64,000 nucleotides of DNA from Mustelus asterias (GCF_964213995.1 NC_135810.1:88040001-88104000), one strand, 5' to 3'; positions 1-12,300 are shown, counted from the stretch's first letter. Made by a program: numbers and translations. The notes: generated from the letters alone by a model not told the origin.

Positions 1-1522
1 TTGGTCATAGAAGACAGAGGGTGGTAGTGGAAGGGTCTTTTTCCGGCTGGAGGCCTGTGACTAGTGGTGTACCGCAGGGCTCTGTATTGGGACCTCTGCT
101 GTTTGTGATTTATATAAATGATCTGGAAGAAGGAGTAACTGGGGTGATCAGTAAGTTTGCGGACGACACAAAACTGGCAGGACTTGCAGATAGTGAGGAA
201 CATTGTCAGAGGCTACAGAAGGATATAGATAGGCTGGAAATTTGGGCAAGGAAATGGCAGATGGAGTTCAATCCTGATAAATGCGAAGTGATGCATTTTG
301 GTGGGAATAATGTAGGGAGGAGCTACACGATAAATGGAAGAACCATAAAGGGTGTAGAGACGCAGAGGGACCTGGGTGTGCAAGTCCACAGATCTTTGAA
401 GGTGACGTCACAGGTGGAGAAGGTGGTGAAGAAGGCATATGGCATGCTTGCCTTTATAGGACGGGGCATAGAGTATAAAAGTTGGGGTCTGATGTTGCAG
501 ATGTATAGAACGTTGGTTCGGCCGCATTTGGAATACTGCGTCCAGTTCTGGTCGCCACACTACCAGAAGGACGTGGAGGCTTTGGAGAGAGTACAGAGGA
601 GGTTTACCAGGATGTTGCCTGGTATGGAGGGGCTTGGTTATGAGGAGAGATTGGGGAAACTGGGGTTGTTCTCCTTGGAAAGACGGAGGATGAGGGGAAA
701 CTTAATAGAGGTGTATAAAATTATGAAAGGCATAGATAGGGTGAACGGTGGGAAGCTTTTCCCCGGGTCGGTGGTGACGTTCACGAGGGGTCATAGGTTC
801 AAGGTGAAGGGGGGGGAGGTTTAACACAGATATCAGAAGGACATATTTTACACAGAGGGTCGTGGGGGCCTGGAATGTGTTGCCGGGCAAGGTGGTGGAG
901 GCGGACACACTGGGAACGGTTAAGACTTATCTAGACAGCTATACGAACGGAGTGGGAATGGAGGGATACAAAAGAGTGGTCTAGTTTGGACCAGGGAGCG
1001 GCGCGGGCTAATGGTTCTTTGTTTCTCGTTTCAAGGCTTCATTCTATGATCATCTTGCTGGTGCCAGTACAGAGCGAGACTGCGGATAGTTGGGAACCTG
1101 TCTCGGGGGCAGGGAATTCATATGGTGTTCGTGGAAGTGGAAATGAATAGGGTTGGGAAGCATTTTCCGATCAGGGCCAGTGTGATCTCCTGGACTCGTT
1201 TCAATCACCTCAGGGGGTCGGAGAGGAATTTCCCAGATTTTTTTTCCCCATATTGGCCCTGGGGTTTTCACTCTGGGTTTTCGCCTCTCCCTGGAGATCA
1301 CATGGTCTGGAATGGGGGGGTGGGGGGTGAGTTAATAGGTTGTGATGAACAAAGCATCGTAGCTGTGAGGGACAGCTCGGTGGATAGGATATTAGTATGT
1401 AGATAGGCTGGAAAATTGGGCGGGGATCCTGGATTCAGGATTCAATCCTGGACCGGGGAGCGGCGCGGGCTTGGAGGGCCGAAGGGCCTGTTCCTGTGCT
1501 GTATTGTTCTTTGTTCTTTGTT
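1..1522 (+). mobile_element. CR1-clade LINE, 3' part (RT C-terminal half plus long 3' UTR); 5' part lies outside the window
   Basis: ORF 21-824 has GVPQGSVLGPLLF, KFADDTK and RPHLEYCVQFWSP motifs. The frame continues (RFNTDIRRTYFTQRVVGAWN) after one extra G in the G-run at 810-816. Ends in the CR1 stem-loop and (TTCTTTG)n tail. Confidence 0.95.
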
Positions 1523-1621
1523 AATGGTATTTGCTACCAAATAAACCTGTTGGACTTTAACCTGGTGTTGTTAAAACTGTTACTGTGTTCACCCCAGTCC
1601 AACGCCAGCATCTCCACATCA
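1522..1621 (+). mobile_element. Penelope-like element pseudo-LTR 3' fragment
   Basis: Near-identical to the reverse complement of 63468-63566, which adjoins a GIY-YIG-type ORF end. Confidence 0.8.
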
Positions 1622-2924
1622 AGGGAACTTTCACCAGCAATTTCCTTGGCCCTCGTCCTAATTAGCCATCCAAACTTTAGCTGAAGTTCATCAACAACCC
1701 CATTAATGAAGTTAGTTCAGGATTAGTGACCACCTGCTGTCAAAGTTATGAGGACGTCCCAGCCTCCCATTCTCAAAGCTTTGAAATGTATTGCAGAATT
1801 TAGTGTACATATGGAGACAGATTACCATCTTACTATGGCACATATTATGGTGAGAAATAGTGTGGGTTCTTCAACTTAAACATATAAAAGTTGGAAGCAT
1901 TGACTTTTTTCACTAAATTCTCTTCAATAGCATAACCGCATCTTTGAGTCCATGAAAACATAAGGGAGGACAAAACTGCAATGGCTCAAGACCAGTGGAA
2001 CTGACCTCTGTCTTTTTGTGTCTCTCTCTGTCTTCCCCTCAGTGGCTGAATGCTCTACAGTAACTGTAATCTCTCGTATTATGACAGAGGACAAGGATGT
2101 ACCACTGCAAGAACAGAATTTAATGTCCAATGTAAAAATAAATCTGTGTTTTAATTAAGGTTTAAGATAATTAGCACTTAACAAATGCAAAATATTTTCT
2201 GTGTAGTGTAGTTGTTGACAGCTAACAGCTGTAATACATCACTTTCAGAGAGCCCAGTTGGATGAATTGTTGAATAACTGCATGTAAAGCATTGAAACTG
2301 AATGTCAGCTTTGGTAAATAACTGTTGGCAAGATCTGGGATCTTTCTGAGTCCCTGAACTAACCATCTTTCCAAAGGGTTTTGTCACACAACTGCAGTGT
2401 AATTGAAACAAAACCTAAGCAACATTCACCCAAAATATTATGGGAATCCCAAATCAATTCACTTCCTGTACATGTCAGTAAAGGTAAGGTCACCATAGGC
2501 CCAGATGACCACAGGCAGCTCTCCAGGGCAGAAATAACTGGTAGTGGTCAATAATTTGCACTTAACTTGTTCTTTGAGTCTTTCCAGTTCCTGTCCTCAG
2601 GGTAGATTTTGTTATAAATCTGCACATCTCCACTGAGGTCACAATCCAACTGTGTCTAAATCTGCTTCTGTCTTGGTCCTGAAAAGTACTAGGGGGATCC
2701 CCAGTGAAGGTAGTACCCCCTTCAAGGGAATCCTTTCTCCCCTTAAAGTGCTGAACAATTGAAGGTTCCCAGTTATCAATGATAAGGTGTTACATGAGAC
2801 AGCTAGGATTTCCTGTAGGATTTCTCATATGACAATCTCATATGGCAATCACAGTTACTAGAATGGCAAGCAGCTTTTGTGCAAACTCTATTATTGACAT
2901 AATCAAACTGATAATTAATACCAT

Positions 2925-3254
2925 GGCAGCATGGTGGCACAGTGGTTAGCACACTGCTGCCTCACAGCGCCAGGTACCCGAGTTCAATTCTGGCCTTGGA
3001 TGACTGTCTGTGTGAAGTTTGCACATTCTCCTTGAGTCTGCGTGGATTTCATCCAGGAACTCCGGTTTCCTCCCACAGTCCAAAGATGTGCAGGTTAGGT
3101 TGATTAGCCATGCTAAATTGCCCTTTAGTGTCAGGGGGACTAGCAGGGTAAATACGTGGGGGTACAGGGATAGGGCCTGGGTGGGATTGTTGTCGGTTCA
3201 GATTCAATGGGCTGAATGGCTTCCTTCTGCACTGCCGAGATTCTATGATTCTAT
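2925..3254 (+). mobile_element. tRNA-derived V-SINE (HE1-like), CR1-type tail
   Basis: Box A TGGCACAGTGG, box B GTTCAATTC, V-domain core, (ATTCTATG)n tail. Confidence 0.9.
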
Positions 3255-3568
3255 ATGATTCATGATGTCAGCCATTTATATAACCTATAGATGCTGTCCT
3301 CTACGTTTTATGGCTATACTTTCATTCTCTACAATATATTTTAAAAAAGCAAGTTGGAGACAGGCTGAGACAAGTGGCATAACTGAAGCTACAGTAAACA
3401 GTCTCCCTAGTACAGGAGGATTATTTCTTCGCGTACAATGTACTGAGTGAGGGATGGTTCAACAATAAGATTAATTATTTCTCCAACAAATTGCAGTGAG
3501 CTGTGTTATATGTGTCATAAATTAGGCTGCTGATTGTATTTTGTCCCTAAGCCAAGGACGAAGTCTTC

Positions 3569-3661
3569 GGGCTGGAATTTTCCAGCTCCTCCCGCAGGTG
3601 CGGGCTTCCAGTCTTGCCAAAGTTAACAAACATTTGAATGGCAAAGACGCAAATCCCGGCC
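3569..3661. mobile_element. Short PIF/Harbinger-type MITE (decayed)
   Basis: Begins GGGCTGGAATTTTCC and ends AAATCCCGGCC; same TIR family as the MITEs at 9629, 16728 and 57745. Confidence 0.5.
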
Positions 3662-4358
3662 GAAGAGTCTCAAAGGACAAAAAAGGTGGGAGATTACTTG
3701 TCAGGTTACAGGGCCTTGTAACCTACTCTAATGACGATGTTCAACCCTGAAGGAAGGAAAGATCCGGAAGGATCATTCACCATTTGATCGCTGTCATAGT
3801 CAGTCTCCTCGGGCTCAATGCAAAGTGAAGTGGTGAAGAATGAAATGTAAAATTAAGTGGACAAATAGGGAGGAAATAAAAATGCACAAAGGGAATACAA
3901 TAGTTAATGACAAGTGTAAATGTTCCAGTATTGCCTGTCATTGGACCTCAGCTACCGTTGGGTTCACCATTCATTAAGCCAGCAGAAGTGATTCCAGAGA
4001 TATAAAATTTTGCACTTATGCAGATATCAGCCTTGAGGAAAGGTCAGAATTGGACAGCACCAAGTGCTGAAATTAGCATTTTAATTCATGTAATGTTGTC
4101 TTGAAAGTTCTGCCAGATTTATACTCTGGAAATCATTGTTTGTGAACTTACTTAACTGAAATTGTATTTAATCACCATTTAATATTGTTTGTGAATCTGT
4201 TGATATTTATTACTTTCTGGAATGATATAGCTCAGGGCCAAGTCTCAGAGCATGTCACCGCATTTTGAGTGTTGCCAAATGCTAATGTTTTCAGATCATG
4301 GTTTAAAGCAATGATGAGGACTGCAGTAACAGGCACGTGGAATGTTTACCTGTAAACA

Positions 4359-4668
4359 TGTGGCGCAGTGGTTAGCACTGCTGCCTCACAGCGCCAGGGA
4401 CTCAGGTTTGATTCCTGGCTCGGGTCACTGTCTGTGTGGAGTTTGCACATTCTCCCCGTGTCTGTGTGCGTTTCCTCCGGGTGCTCCGGTTTCCTCCCAC
4501 AGTCCAAAGATGTGCGGGTTAGGGTGATTGGCCATGCTAAATTGACTTTCATGTCAGGGGATTAGCACAGTAAATATGTGGGGTTGCGGAATAGGGTCTG
4601 GGTGGGATTGTTGTCGGTGCAGACTCGATGGGCCAAACGGCCTCTTACTGCACTGATGGGATTCTATG
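4359..4668 (+). mobile_element. V-SINE (HE1-like)
   Basis: tRNA head, V core GTGTGGAGTTTGCACATTCTCCCCGTGTCTG, ATTCTATG tail. Confidence 0.9.
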
Positions 4669-5574
4669 GAAAAGAAATTGTAATAACAGCTCATATTCTC
4701 AGCGAATCATGCAGCATAGAAGGAGACCGTTTGATGAATCGTGTCTATGCATAGTCCCATTCCCCATTTTCTTTCATGAAAATTAATGATATTTAACCCT
4801 CAAAGATAAACTGCAGCCCATTCCTGAGTTAAAGTATTCTATGACCTAAAACAAACTCAGCATTGTACTCACACTCTCGACATTACATGAACAAATATTA
4901 AAGCACTGTTTGTTTCACAGCTTGTTCTATTTTACATTCATAACTGTGTGAGAAGGAAACTTTTGTCTGGGAACACAATGCTGAGGTCTTCAGCAGCACA
5001 CAGGAAGATTTTCTATCTTTCGCATTTCTGTCAAAATCATAAATGGGTTCTAGATGGTACTGGAAAACATGAATGGAGGAAATCTTAGTGTTACTTCTCC
5101 CTAACAACCCGAGGAAATCTTTCCCCTGTTTTCAGCTAAGTGAAATAGAAAAACATTTGCTTTTGTGTTAGTCACAGAGATGGAACTCTAGAGTGAAATC
5201 ACTCTCTGATGGTTGTCAGTCAGTGGTGAAGTAATTCTTTATCAAATTAATGTTGCAGTATGCCTTTAGGAGGATGAACGTGTGTCCGTATAACTCTCTA
5301 GAAGGGAACTGATGTATGTATTGTGTGTTCCAGTTTTAGTTTTACTTCTGCTGCAAGCAGCAGATCAGACAAAGTACAGTTCTTGAAGCTTTACCGCAAT
5401 ATAACACTGTTCCCATATGCCGAGTAGTAATTAATGAATCTGCAATGTGTTTCCACAATTCCTTATGGGTGATTGGTGTCTTGTGTCTTATAGGCTCGAG
5501 GGCTTATATTAGTATAAGTACACTTTTATCATTATTCCTGAGAAATCTGAGCTCAGTCACAGTTTGTACTGATG

Positions 5575-5860
5575 CAATGCTTTTAACGAGGTAAAATCTC
5601 CCAAAATGATTCACAGGGGCTCAGGAAGAAAAATTGGACGGCACGCCACTTAAGGAGGTATTTAGAGCCAAAGATTTGGTCAAAGAGGTAGTTTCTAAGG
5701 AGAAGAGAATGGTAGATAGAGATGTGGGAGTGAATTCCAGTGTTTGAGGCACAGACAACCAATGGTAAGGCAAAGGAAATTGGTTTGCACAAGAGGCCAG
5801 AATCCAAGGAATGCTGACTTTTTTGGGTTGGAAGAGGTTACAGACATAAGGAGTGGCTAC
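5575..5860 (-). mobile_element. Old L2-like LINE 3' fragment
   Basis: Decayed minus-strand translation (ATPYVCNLFQP; LEFTPTSL..LLRNYLFDQIFG) resembles an L2 ORF2 C-terminus. Confidence 0.5.
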
Positions 5861-6127
5861 CAAAGCTCCTGTCTGCTTTTGATTACCAGATGCTCAGTTA
5901 GCTGATGTCAGTTGGAAGTGAGTAGCGTGACAACTGGGTGAGCAGGGCTAAAAATGACTCCTATTATACAAAGTCTGACCACAACAGGGTTTTCTTATGA
6001 ATTTAGTGAAGATGTGCTTTTCCAAAACTGCAGAAGTCCCATTATATACACTGACAAATTATGAAGGATTAGCTGGACAGGTTTTCAGTGTTTGGCAAAG
6101 AAAAAGATAGGTTTTTAGACACTGTGT

Positions 6128-6770
6128 GTTGACACTGTGCCTTTAAGAAATGTATTTGTGTCATGTTTCTTGTGCAGGATCTGTTGCAGCAGTTTGTTTT
6201 TATTATCAGTGCCGTTTTGTCTGGATCCGGTAGCCCTGTTGTTACTGCAGCAGCATAATTGATCTTAATTGCTACAATGTTTGTTTTAATCTGGACTAAT
6301 GCAGGGTGGATATTTTATTGTTATCCCCTAGGATACTTCAGAGTGGGGCTTGCATAGGTTGATTGACAGGTAAGGTCATATGATCTGGGCGGACCTAGGC
6401 TTACACAGTGAAATCAAGCTTAGTTGCTGCTTGGAAGTGGTGGCCCTTTTTCTCTCTGGATGGGAGACTGGAATCTGCCAGGAAATAAAACTCTTTCTCT
6501 GAGATACTGCTGCTTGGGGATGGATCTTTCTCTATAGGTGTTTGTATGATTCTCAAATAGCCACCTTCATTTGATAGGTGTCTGTCTGATCTCTGTCCAG
6601 AGGTGTTAAAAGACTGGAAACCTAGCACACACATGAGCATATCTGTGTTTGTGCTAACTAATTCTGAAGAAGGGTTTATGCCTTGAGTTTATGCTAACTA
6701 CTGTGTCACTGTACTGCCCCTTCGTCTCAAAATGTGAGAATTCCACCCATTCCAATTGCGACCCGTAAAA
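6128..6770 (+). mobile_element. Possible solo LTR
   Basis: Starts TGTTGACAC and has LTR-like composition; no TSD or clean CA end found. Confidence 0.25.
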
Positions 6771-6867
6771 CTGAGGTGAAAACCTGGTCCTTTATTTTAT
6801 CTTGAGGCACTGTTATGTTGTTGCTTTGACTGGACTGCATTTCATTCCATCTCTCCTTCTTTTCCAG

Positions 6868-6940
6868 GGCCAGAAGGTGCTCTCTTTGAACATTCTGTGG
6901 AGACGCCAGTTGTCAGGGCTGAACCATTCCAGCAGCTCAG
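6868..6940 (+). CDS. Internal (penultimate) coding exon of an unidentified host gene: (x)[23 protein letters not shown](R)
   Basis: Strong polypyrimidine tract TTCATTCCATCTCTCCTTCTTTTCCAG, donor CAG|GTAGGA, 73 nt, phase 1 to 2, non-repetitive, and in frame with the exon at 15952. Confidence 0.8.
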
Positions 6941-7443
6941 GTAGGAAACAAAGCCACAAAGAACAAAGAGGCACTTGTTGTGGCCATAAGCCTCAGTTTG
7001 GTTTAATGTTAACATCGTTTTGAGGTAAGATTGCAAGTTCAGTGGAATGACGGTTAACATGAGAATGGTTTCAGTGGAGCTGTGATGCAGGTTGCTGCTA
7101 CAGTTGTCACATCAACGTTAGAGCGCAACGGATCATTTGAACTTTGCAGAACATAGATTCCTTAATGGACTTTTCAACCAAATTAATTCAAATAATTGAG
7201 CTCAATTTTTTTGTTTTGTTCATAACTAGAGTTTGCAGACAGATTTATCAAGTAATTTCTGATTAGTGAAGACAAGTGTGTATTGCCCTGTTTGTAGGCA
7301 TGTATAAAGCATAAATCATGATCAAATTGTATCATTTTGTCACTTCCACTTGGTATCATTGTACTGAATGTGGTCCGATCCTCTTCTGCCTCTTCCGTCA
7401 CCCTAGAATAAAAATTTATTGGGTATATTTCAATTTTAAAATT

Positions 7444-7740
7444 CATAGAATCCCTACAGTGCAGAAGGAGGCCATTCGGCCCATCAGGTCTGCACCGATT
7501 TACCCCACTAATCCCCCCAATCTACACTTCTTGGGACACTAAGGGGCAATTTACCATGGCCAGTCTACCCAACCTGCACTTCTTTGGACTGCGGGAGTAA
7601 TCGGAGCACCCAGAGGAAACCCACACAGACACAAGCCGAACGTGCAAACTCCACACAGACAGTCGCCCAAGGCTGGAGTCGAACCCGGGTCCCTGTCGCT
7701 GTGAGGCAGCAATGCTAACCACTGTACCAGCATGCTGTCC
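7444..7740 (-). mobile_element. V-SINE (HE1-like)
   Basis: Reverse complement of head, V core and tail. Confidence 0.9.
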
Positions 7741-8169
7741 CCAGTTGTACTACTTTATCCCATACCATGACAGTGAGTGTTCTCTACTTTCAAACACGTT
7801 CAAATTCTTCAAAAGCAATGGCAATGTTTTTAAGGAATAACTATAATCATTGTTTTGCAATCTCTTTAATGGTTGTGATTTTGTATGTTTCCATAAGTGC
7901 ACAGCCTTTCCTATTGTGTCTTTGATACTAACAGAAGCTTCTCAATCTGATCACAATTTGTTAACTTTGATTCACTGATCATTACCTTTGCTCACCAGTC
8001 CAAGTGTAACAGAATCAGTTTTGATAAAGGTAGTAAAACAAATACAGAACCCAGTGCAATGAAGGATAATGGCTGAAAATTGTCACTTCTTTTGAAAGCT
8101 GCTGTACCTGAATTAGAGTTTTTCACGTATTTCTGTAAATAAAAGTATTATCTGGAGACAAATTCTACA

Positions 8170-8595
8170 TGTAGAATGTTATGGTTTCCTCAAGTCGCTG
8201 GCATCAAGGACTTACAACAATGGTAGTTTATTCCTAAACTCAACAGTTACATACAATACTTGTGCTCTGCCCAATATCCCGGGGATAACTCTGTGCTCCC
8301 GCCACGTAACCTCTTACGTAGCCGTGCCATCACGCTCTCACGCGACCACTCGATCTACATTACATTTTGATAACTGATAACTAACCGAGCCAATACTGTT
8401 GATGGTTGCTGTTGTTGGTTGGTCGATAAACCTGTGTTGGTTGGTCGATAAACCTTGGGTCTGTCACCAAGAGCTGTGGATCTTCCCAGTCTCTTCAACC
8501 ATGACAGTGAATGCTTGAACAGGTGTGGTAGTCTAGCTTCACAAGCACAACTGTGTTTGTACCTGTTAAACCTGACCAATACTCCTGTGTGCATT
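8170..8595 (-). mobile_element. LTR (8170-8364) with adjacent decayed Gypsy 3' internal fragment
   Basis: TGTAGAATG...CATTACA termini and a minus-strand AATAAA. Adjacent peptide TGVLVRFNR resembles an integrase C-terminal RRNR motif. Contains a 20-bp tandem duplication GTTGGTTGGTCGATAAACCT. Confidence 0.4.
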
Positions 8596-8908
8596 TCATA
8601 GAATTCTATAGCACAGATTGAGGCCATTCACCCCATCGAGTCTGCACCAGGCCCTATCCCCGTAACCCCACGTATTTACCTCGCTAATTCCCCTACACAT
8701 CTTTGGACATTAAGGGGCAATTTAGCATGGCCAATCCACCCAACCAGCACAGCTTTGAACTGTTGGAGGAAACCGGAGAACCCAGAGGGAACCCACATAG
8801 ATGTGGGGAGAACGTGCAAACTCCACACAGTCACCCAAGGCTGGAATTGAACCTAGGCCCATGGCGCTGTGAGGAAGCAGTGTTAACCACTGTGTCACCG
8901 TGCCACCC
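8596..8908 (-). mobile_element. V-SINE (HE1-like)
   Basis: Reverse complement of the SINE consensus seen elsewhere in the window. Confidence 0.9.
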
Positions 8909-9628
8909 CATTGAAGCCTTGGTTCTCACCAGCCTGTGGCTACATTCATGGGACATAGATCAGTAGAGTATCTCTGGATAGGATGAGAATGTGCACTGTG
9001 TCAGGCAATCAACAACTTGCGGATACCTCACCAATTTGCATTTAAAAATTCTTAAGCATGGTCCTATTTCTGTCTGTCACTTGTACAGGGAAAAATAGAG
9101 ATATGTTACTGTGGTTGGGAGATATTTTCGATTTTGCGTTTAGGTTACTTTCCAGTACTTGTGAATTGCACAAACAATCATTCTTGTTATTTTCTTTTAA
9201 CTTGGCCATCTTACAACATGAGATAAGCTATTTGTTTGGTGAACGGATTCTGTATATATTTCCTATGAATTTAAATAAGGATTAAGCGTGTACTGTAGAG
9301 ATAAAGCGATTTGCAAAGTAGCGAGATAAGTTTTTTTAATTCTGCTTTTTTTTTAGGAAGTGGTGTGATAATAATCACACTACCATCTATACATAATTGT
9401 GTTTAATTTTAAAAAGTAGTCAAAGCGTTTGATTTTTCAAACTTATCAAATTTGACAAAAGTAAATAGTCTTCAATGAAGCACTTTGGCAAAATGTTGCA
9501 AGCCTTGCATTTTTTGATGCAGGAATTAGAAACATTAAGCTGTTATCTTCAAAGTACATTCATGACTGTACCAATTTATAACTTAGTTTTTTTTAATAAA
9601 ATAACTTTAAAAAATGAGTAAAGAGCAA

Positions 9629-9764
9629 GGCCAGGATTCTCCGATCCCGCTCACCCTGCCCCTGCTGCCAGCGAGAACACAGAATTTGACACTCAGCCAA
9701 ATCTCCATTCACAGCAGCGGGACTGGAGAATCCCAGCCGCGGATGAGGTGGGAAAATTCCAGCT
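9629..9764. mobile_element. Short Harbinger-type MITE
   Basis: Imperfect TIRs GGCCAGGATTCTCC / GGAAAATTCCAGCT, flanked by CAA...CAA. Confidence 0.6.
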
Positions 9765-9827
9765 CAAAACTAAAGAACAATTGTATTGGAGGCTGATGCA
9801 CCATCTAAAGGGAGGGATTAAGAAGGT

Positions 9828-9925
9828 AAGCAAAATACTGCGGATGCTAGAATCTGAAACAAGAACAGAGGATGCTGGAAAAACTCAGCAGATCTGGCAG
9901 CATCTGTGAGGAGAGGGAGCAGAAG
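9828..9925 (-). mobile_element. Penelope-like terminal fragment (family 2)
   Basis: AAGCAAAATACTGCGGATGCT...CTCAGCAG.TCTGGCAGCATCTGTG is shared with 21165 and 22555. Confidence 0.65.
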
Positions 9926-9980
9926 TCAGGTATCAAGGAATTAAGAAGTTGCTGAGTGGAGTTCTCCCATCCCGGATCAA

Positions 9981-11116
9981 GGGCGGAATTCTCCCATCCC
10001 GCCTGAGGAGGGGTTGGTGGCAGGCAGGAGCAGAGAATCTAGCGGGAGACAAAAAAGTTGGCTACCCGCTGGCATAATATCACATTGCAATTCTCCCAAT
10101 GGCGGGTTAATGGTGACTTGGTCTTCCCGCTGGCTTGAGCACCATTTATATTTATTTGCATATTATGAATGCTCATTAAAACAGCTGCCTGCCAGCATCT
10201 TGCCAGGCTAGCGTCACATCAGTGTGAAATTATGTCAGTCTGAAACCCGATTGATATAGAATGCTGTGCAACAAGGCGGCCCTCAGTTCACAAGAGACTT
10301 TGAGGTGAGTGCAACAAAGCCTTTCTGCATAGTGTTGCGCTGCCTCTGATGCACTGTACTCCATTCTGCCGGGGGAGACCGCTTCTGCCTCAGTCTCCAT
10401 GCCGAGCCCCTCTTCATGGATAGCACCGTGCTGCTGCACTCATGAAGCCAGCACAACAAAGTTCGACCGGGTTTGGAGTGTGAGGTCCGGTTGGGGTGGA
10501 AGCTGATGAAGACAAGGGGGCAATGTGGAAGGAGGACTGCGCAAGAAGGTGGAGGAACGGTGAAGGATCATGATGGCAGGCAGAGGGGCAAGGAGGTGGG
10601 TGAAGAAGACAAACAATGGAAGGCAGAGGGAAAACTGAGGGGAGGGAGCTGGACCCTGACAAGGCTGCATGAAATGCTCAAGGGGGTCAAAGGGATATCA
10701 CATTGTTTACGGGAAGGGGATGTACAAAGACTCCAGGTGTGGTGGTTATAGGTCCAAGTGGAGCATGGGCACCCCACAGGTGATGGGCTGTGTGGGGGAC
10801 GAGGCTGACTGAATTAAGGAATAGACTTCCTCCTGAGGCTATTTTGCTCAGGGTTGCTGACATGCTGCACAGCCTAGTGAAGACAGTTGGGCTGGAGAGA
10901 GAGTGATATGAGTGTGCTGGACTGGTGTTTAAATATGGCACTGGGACCTTCAGCTGAAGGTGTAAGGATGAATCAGCTACCAGCCCACCAAGAGTTTCAG
11001 AGGAGAGTCCACTTGTGCAGACATTCCAAAATGCTAATCCACCATTATGGCCAACAGGACAAGCCGCCGGAGCTCCCCACCACCGGCCTTCGTCTCAAGA
11101 TGGGAGAATCCCACCC
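9981..11116. mobile_element. Non-autonomous PIF/Harbinger-type DNA transposon, about 1.1 kb
   Basis: TIRs GGGCGGAATTCTCCCATC / GATGGGAGAATCCCACCC; 3-bp flanks CAA / TAA. Confidence 0.75.
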
Positions 11117-11241
11117 TAACAATCTGTTCACAACAGATGTTAGACTAATGAATACATTGGCATCCAATGTTCCCTTTTCTCCCACCTTGAATACAGCTGT
11201 TACACTGGCTGCCCTCTCCTCCCATGGAGCAATTTGCATAT

Positions 11242-11560
11242 TTAGAATCCATGGAATCCCTACAGTGCAGAAAGAGGCCATTTGGCCCATCAAGCCTGCA
11301 CCGACCACAATCCCACCCAGGCCCTACCCCTGTAACCCTACGTATTTACCCTTCTAATCCCCTGACACTAAGGGGCAATTTAGCACGGCCAATCCACCTA
11401 ACCTGCACATCTTTGAGTGTGGGAGGAAACCAGAGCACCTGGAGGAAACCCACGCAGACACGGGGAGAACGTGCTAACTCCGCACAGTCACCCGAGGCCG
11501 GAATTGAACCCGTGTCCCTGGCATTGTGAGGCAGCAGTGTCTAACCACTGTGCCACTGTG
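11242..11560 (-). mobile_element. V-SINE (HE1-like)
   Basis: Reverse complement of the SINE consensus. Confidence 0.9.
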
Positions 11561-11689
11561 CAGTGGATTGAACAAATCTGATCAGTGTTTCTGTGATCTC
11601 AGTCTCTGAATGGACCTGGGTAAATACTGACTTATCCACCTAACATCCACCTCATTGTTTCAGCACCAATTCCTTAGTGACGGTTATCT

Positions 11690-12300
11690 CCAATGGAGCA
11701 AGAGGACACAGTGTGAGAATAAGGGGCAGGCCATTTAGGGTTGAGGTGAGGAGGAATTCCTTCACTCAGGGGATAGTACATCTTTGGAATTCTCTACCCC
11801 AGAGGGCTGAGGAGACTCAATCACTGACCATGTTCAAGACAAGAGTCGATAGATTTCTAGATTACTAATGACTTCAAGGGATATGGAGTTTAAAGTTTAT
11901 TTATTAGTGTCACAAGTAGGCTTACATTAACACGGCAATGAAGTTATTGTGAAAATCCCCTAGTTGCCACACTCCGACGCCTGTTTGGGTACACTGAGGG
12001 AGAATTTAGCATGGCCAATGCACCTAACCAGCACGTCTTTCAGACTGTGGGAGGAAACCAGAGCACCTGGCAGGAAACCCACACAGACACGAGGAGAATG
12101 TGCAGACTCCGCACATACAGTGACCTGGGAATCGAACCCGGGTCCCTCGCGGTGTGAGGCAGCAATGCTAACCATTGTGCCACCATGCTGCCTGAGGTAG
12201 CTCAGGAAAGTGACATTGAGGTGGATGATCAGCCATAATCTTACTGAATGGGGCAGCAGACTCAATGGGCCAAATGGCCTACTTCTGTTTCCTATGTTAC
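11690..12300 (+). mobile_element. Old CR1 3' fragment split by a SINE insertion
   Basis: RGHSVRIRGRPFRVEVRRNSFTQGIVHLWNSLP..FKTRVDRFL; the 3' UTR resumes after 12198. Confidence 0.8.
11889..12191 (-). mobile_element. V-SINE variant with alternative 3' tail
   Basis: Same head and V core, but the tail is GAGTGTGGCRACTAGGGGATTTTCAC...TAATAAATAAACTTTAAA. Confidence 0.85.

Noticed and set aside
1804-1849. Possible upstream exon CTYGDRLPSYYGTYY(G) with donor GTGAGA
   Set aside because: Phase-compatible with exon 6868, but the acceptor lacks a polypyrimidine tract; insufficient support.
2925-3000. tRNA gene-like box A/box B sequences here and at other SINE heads
   Set aside because: These are SINE heads continuing into the V domain, not complete cloverleafs.
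4342-4565. Recurrent 60-120 aa ORFs such as MVSTAASQRQG and CGRKPEHPEETH
   Set aside because: Translations of the non-coding V-SINE consensus.
9088-9142. Possible exon after TCACTTGTACAG
   Set aside because: The frame compatible with the upstream exon hits an immediate stop, and there is no good donor.
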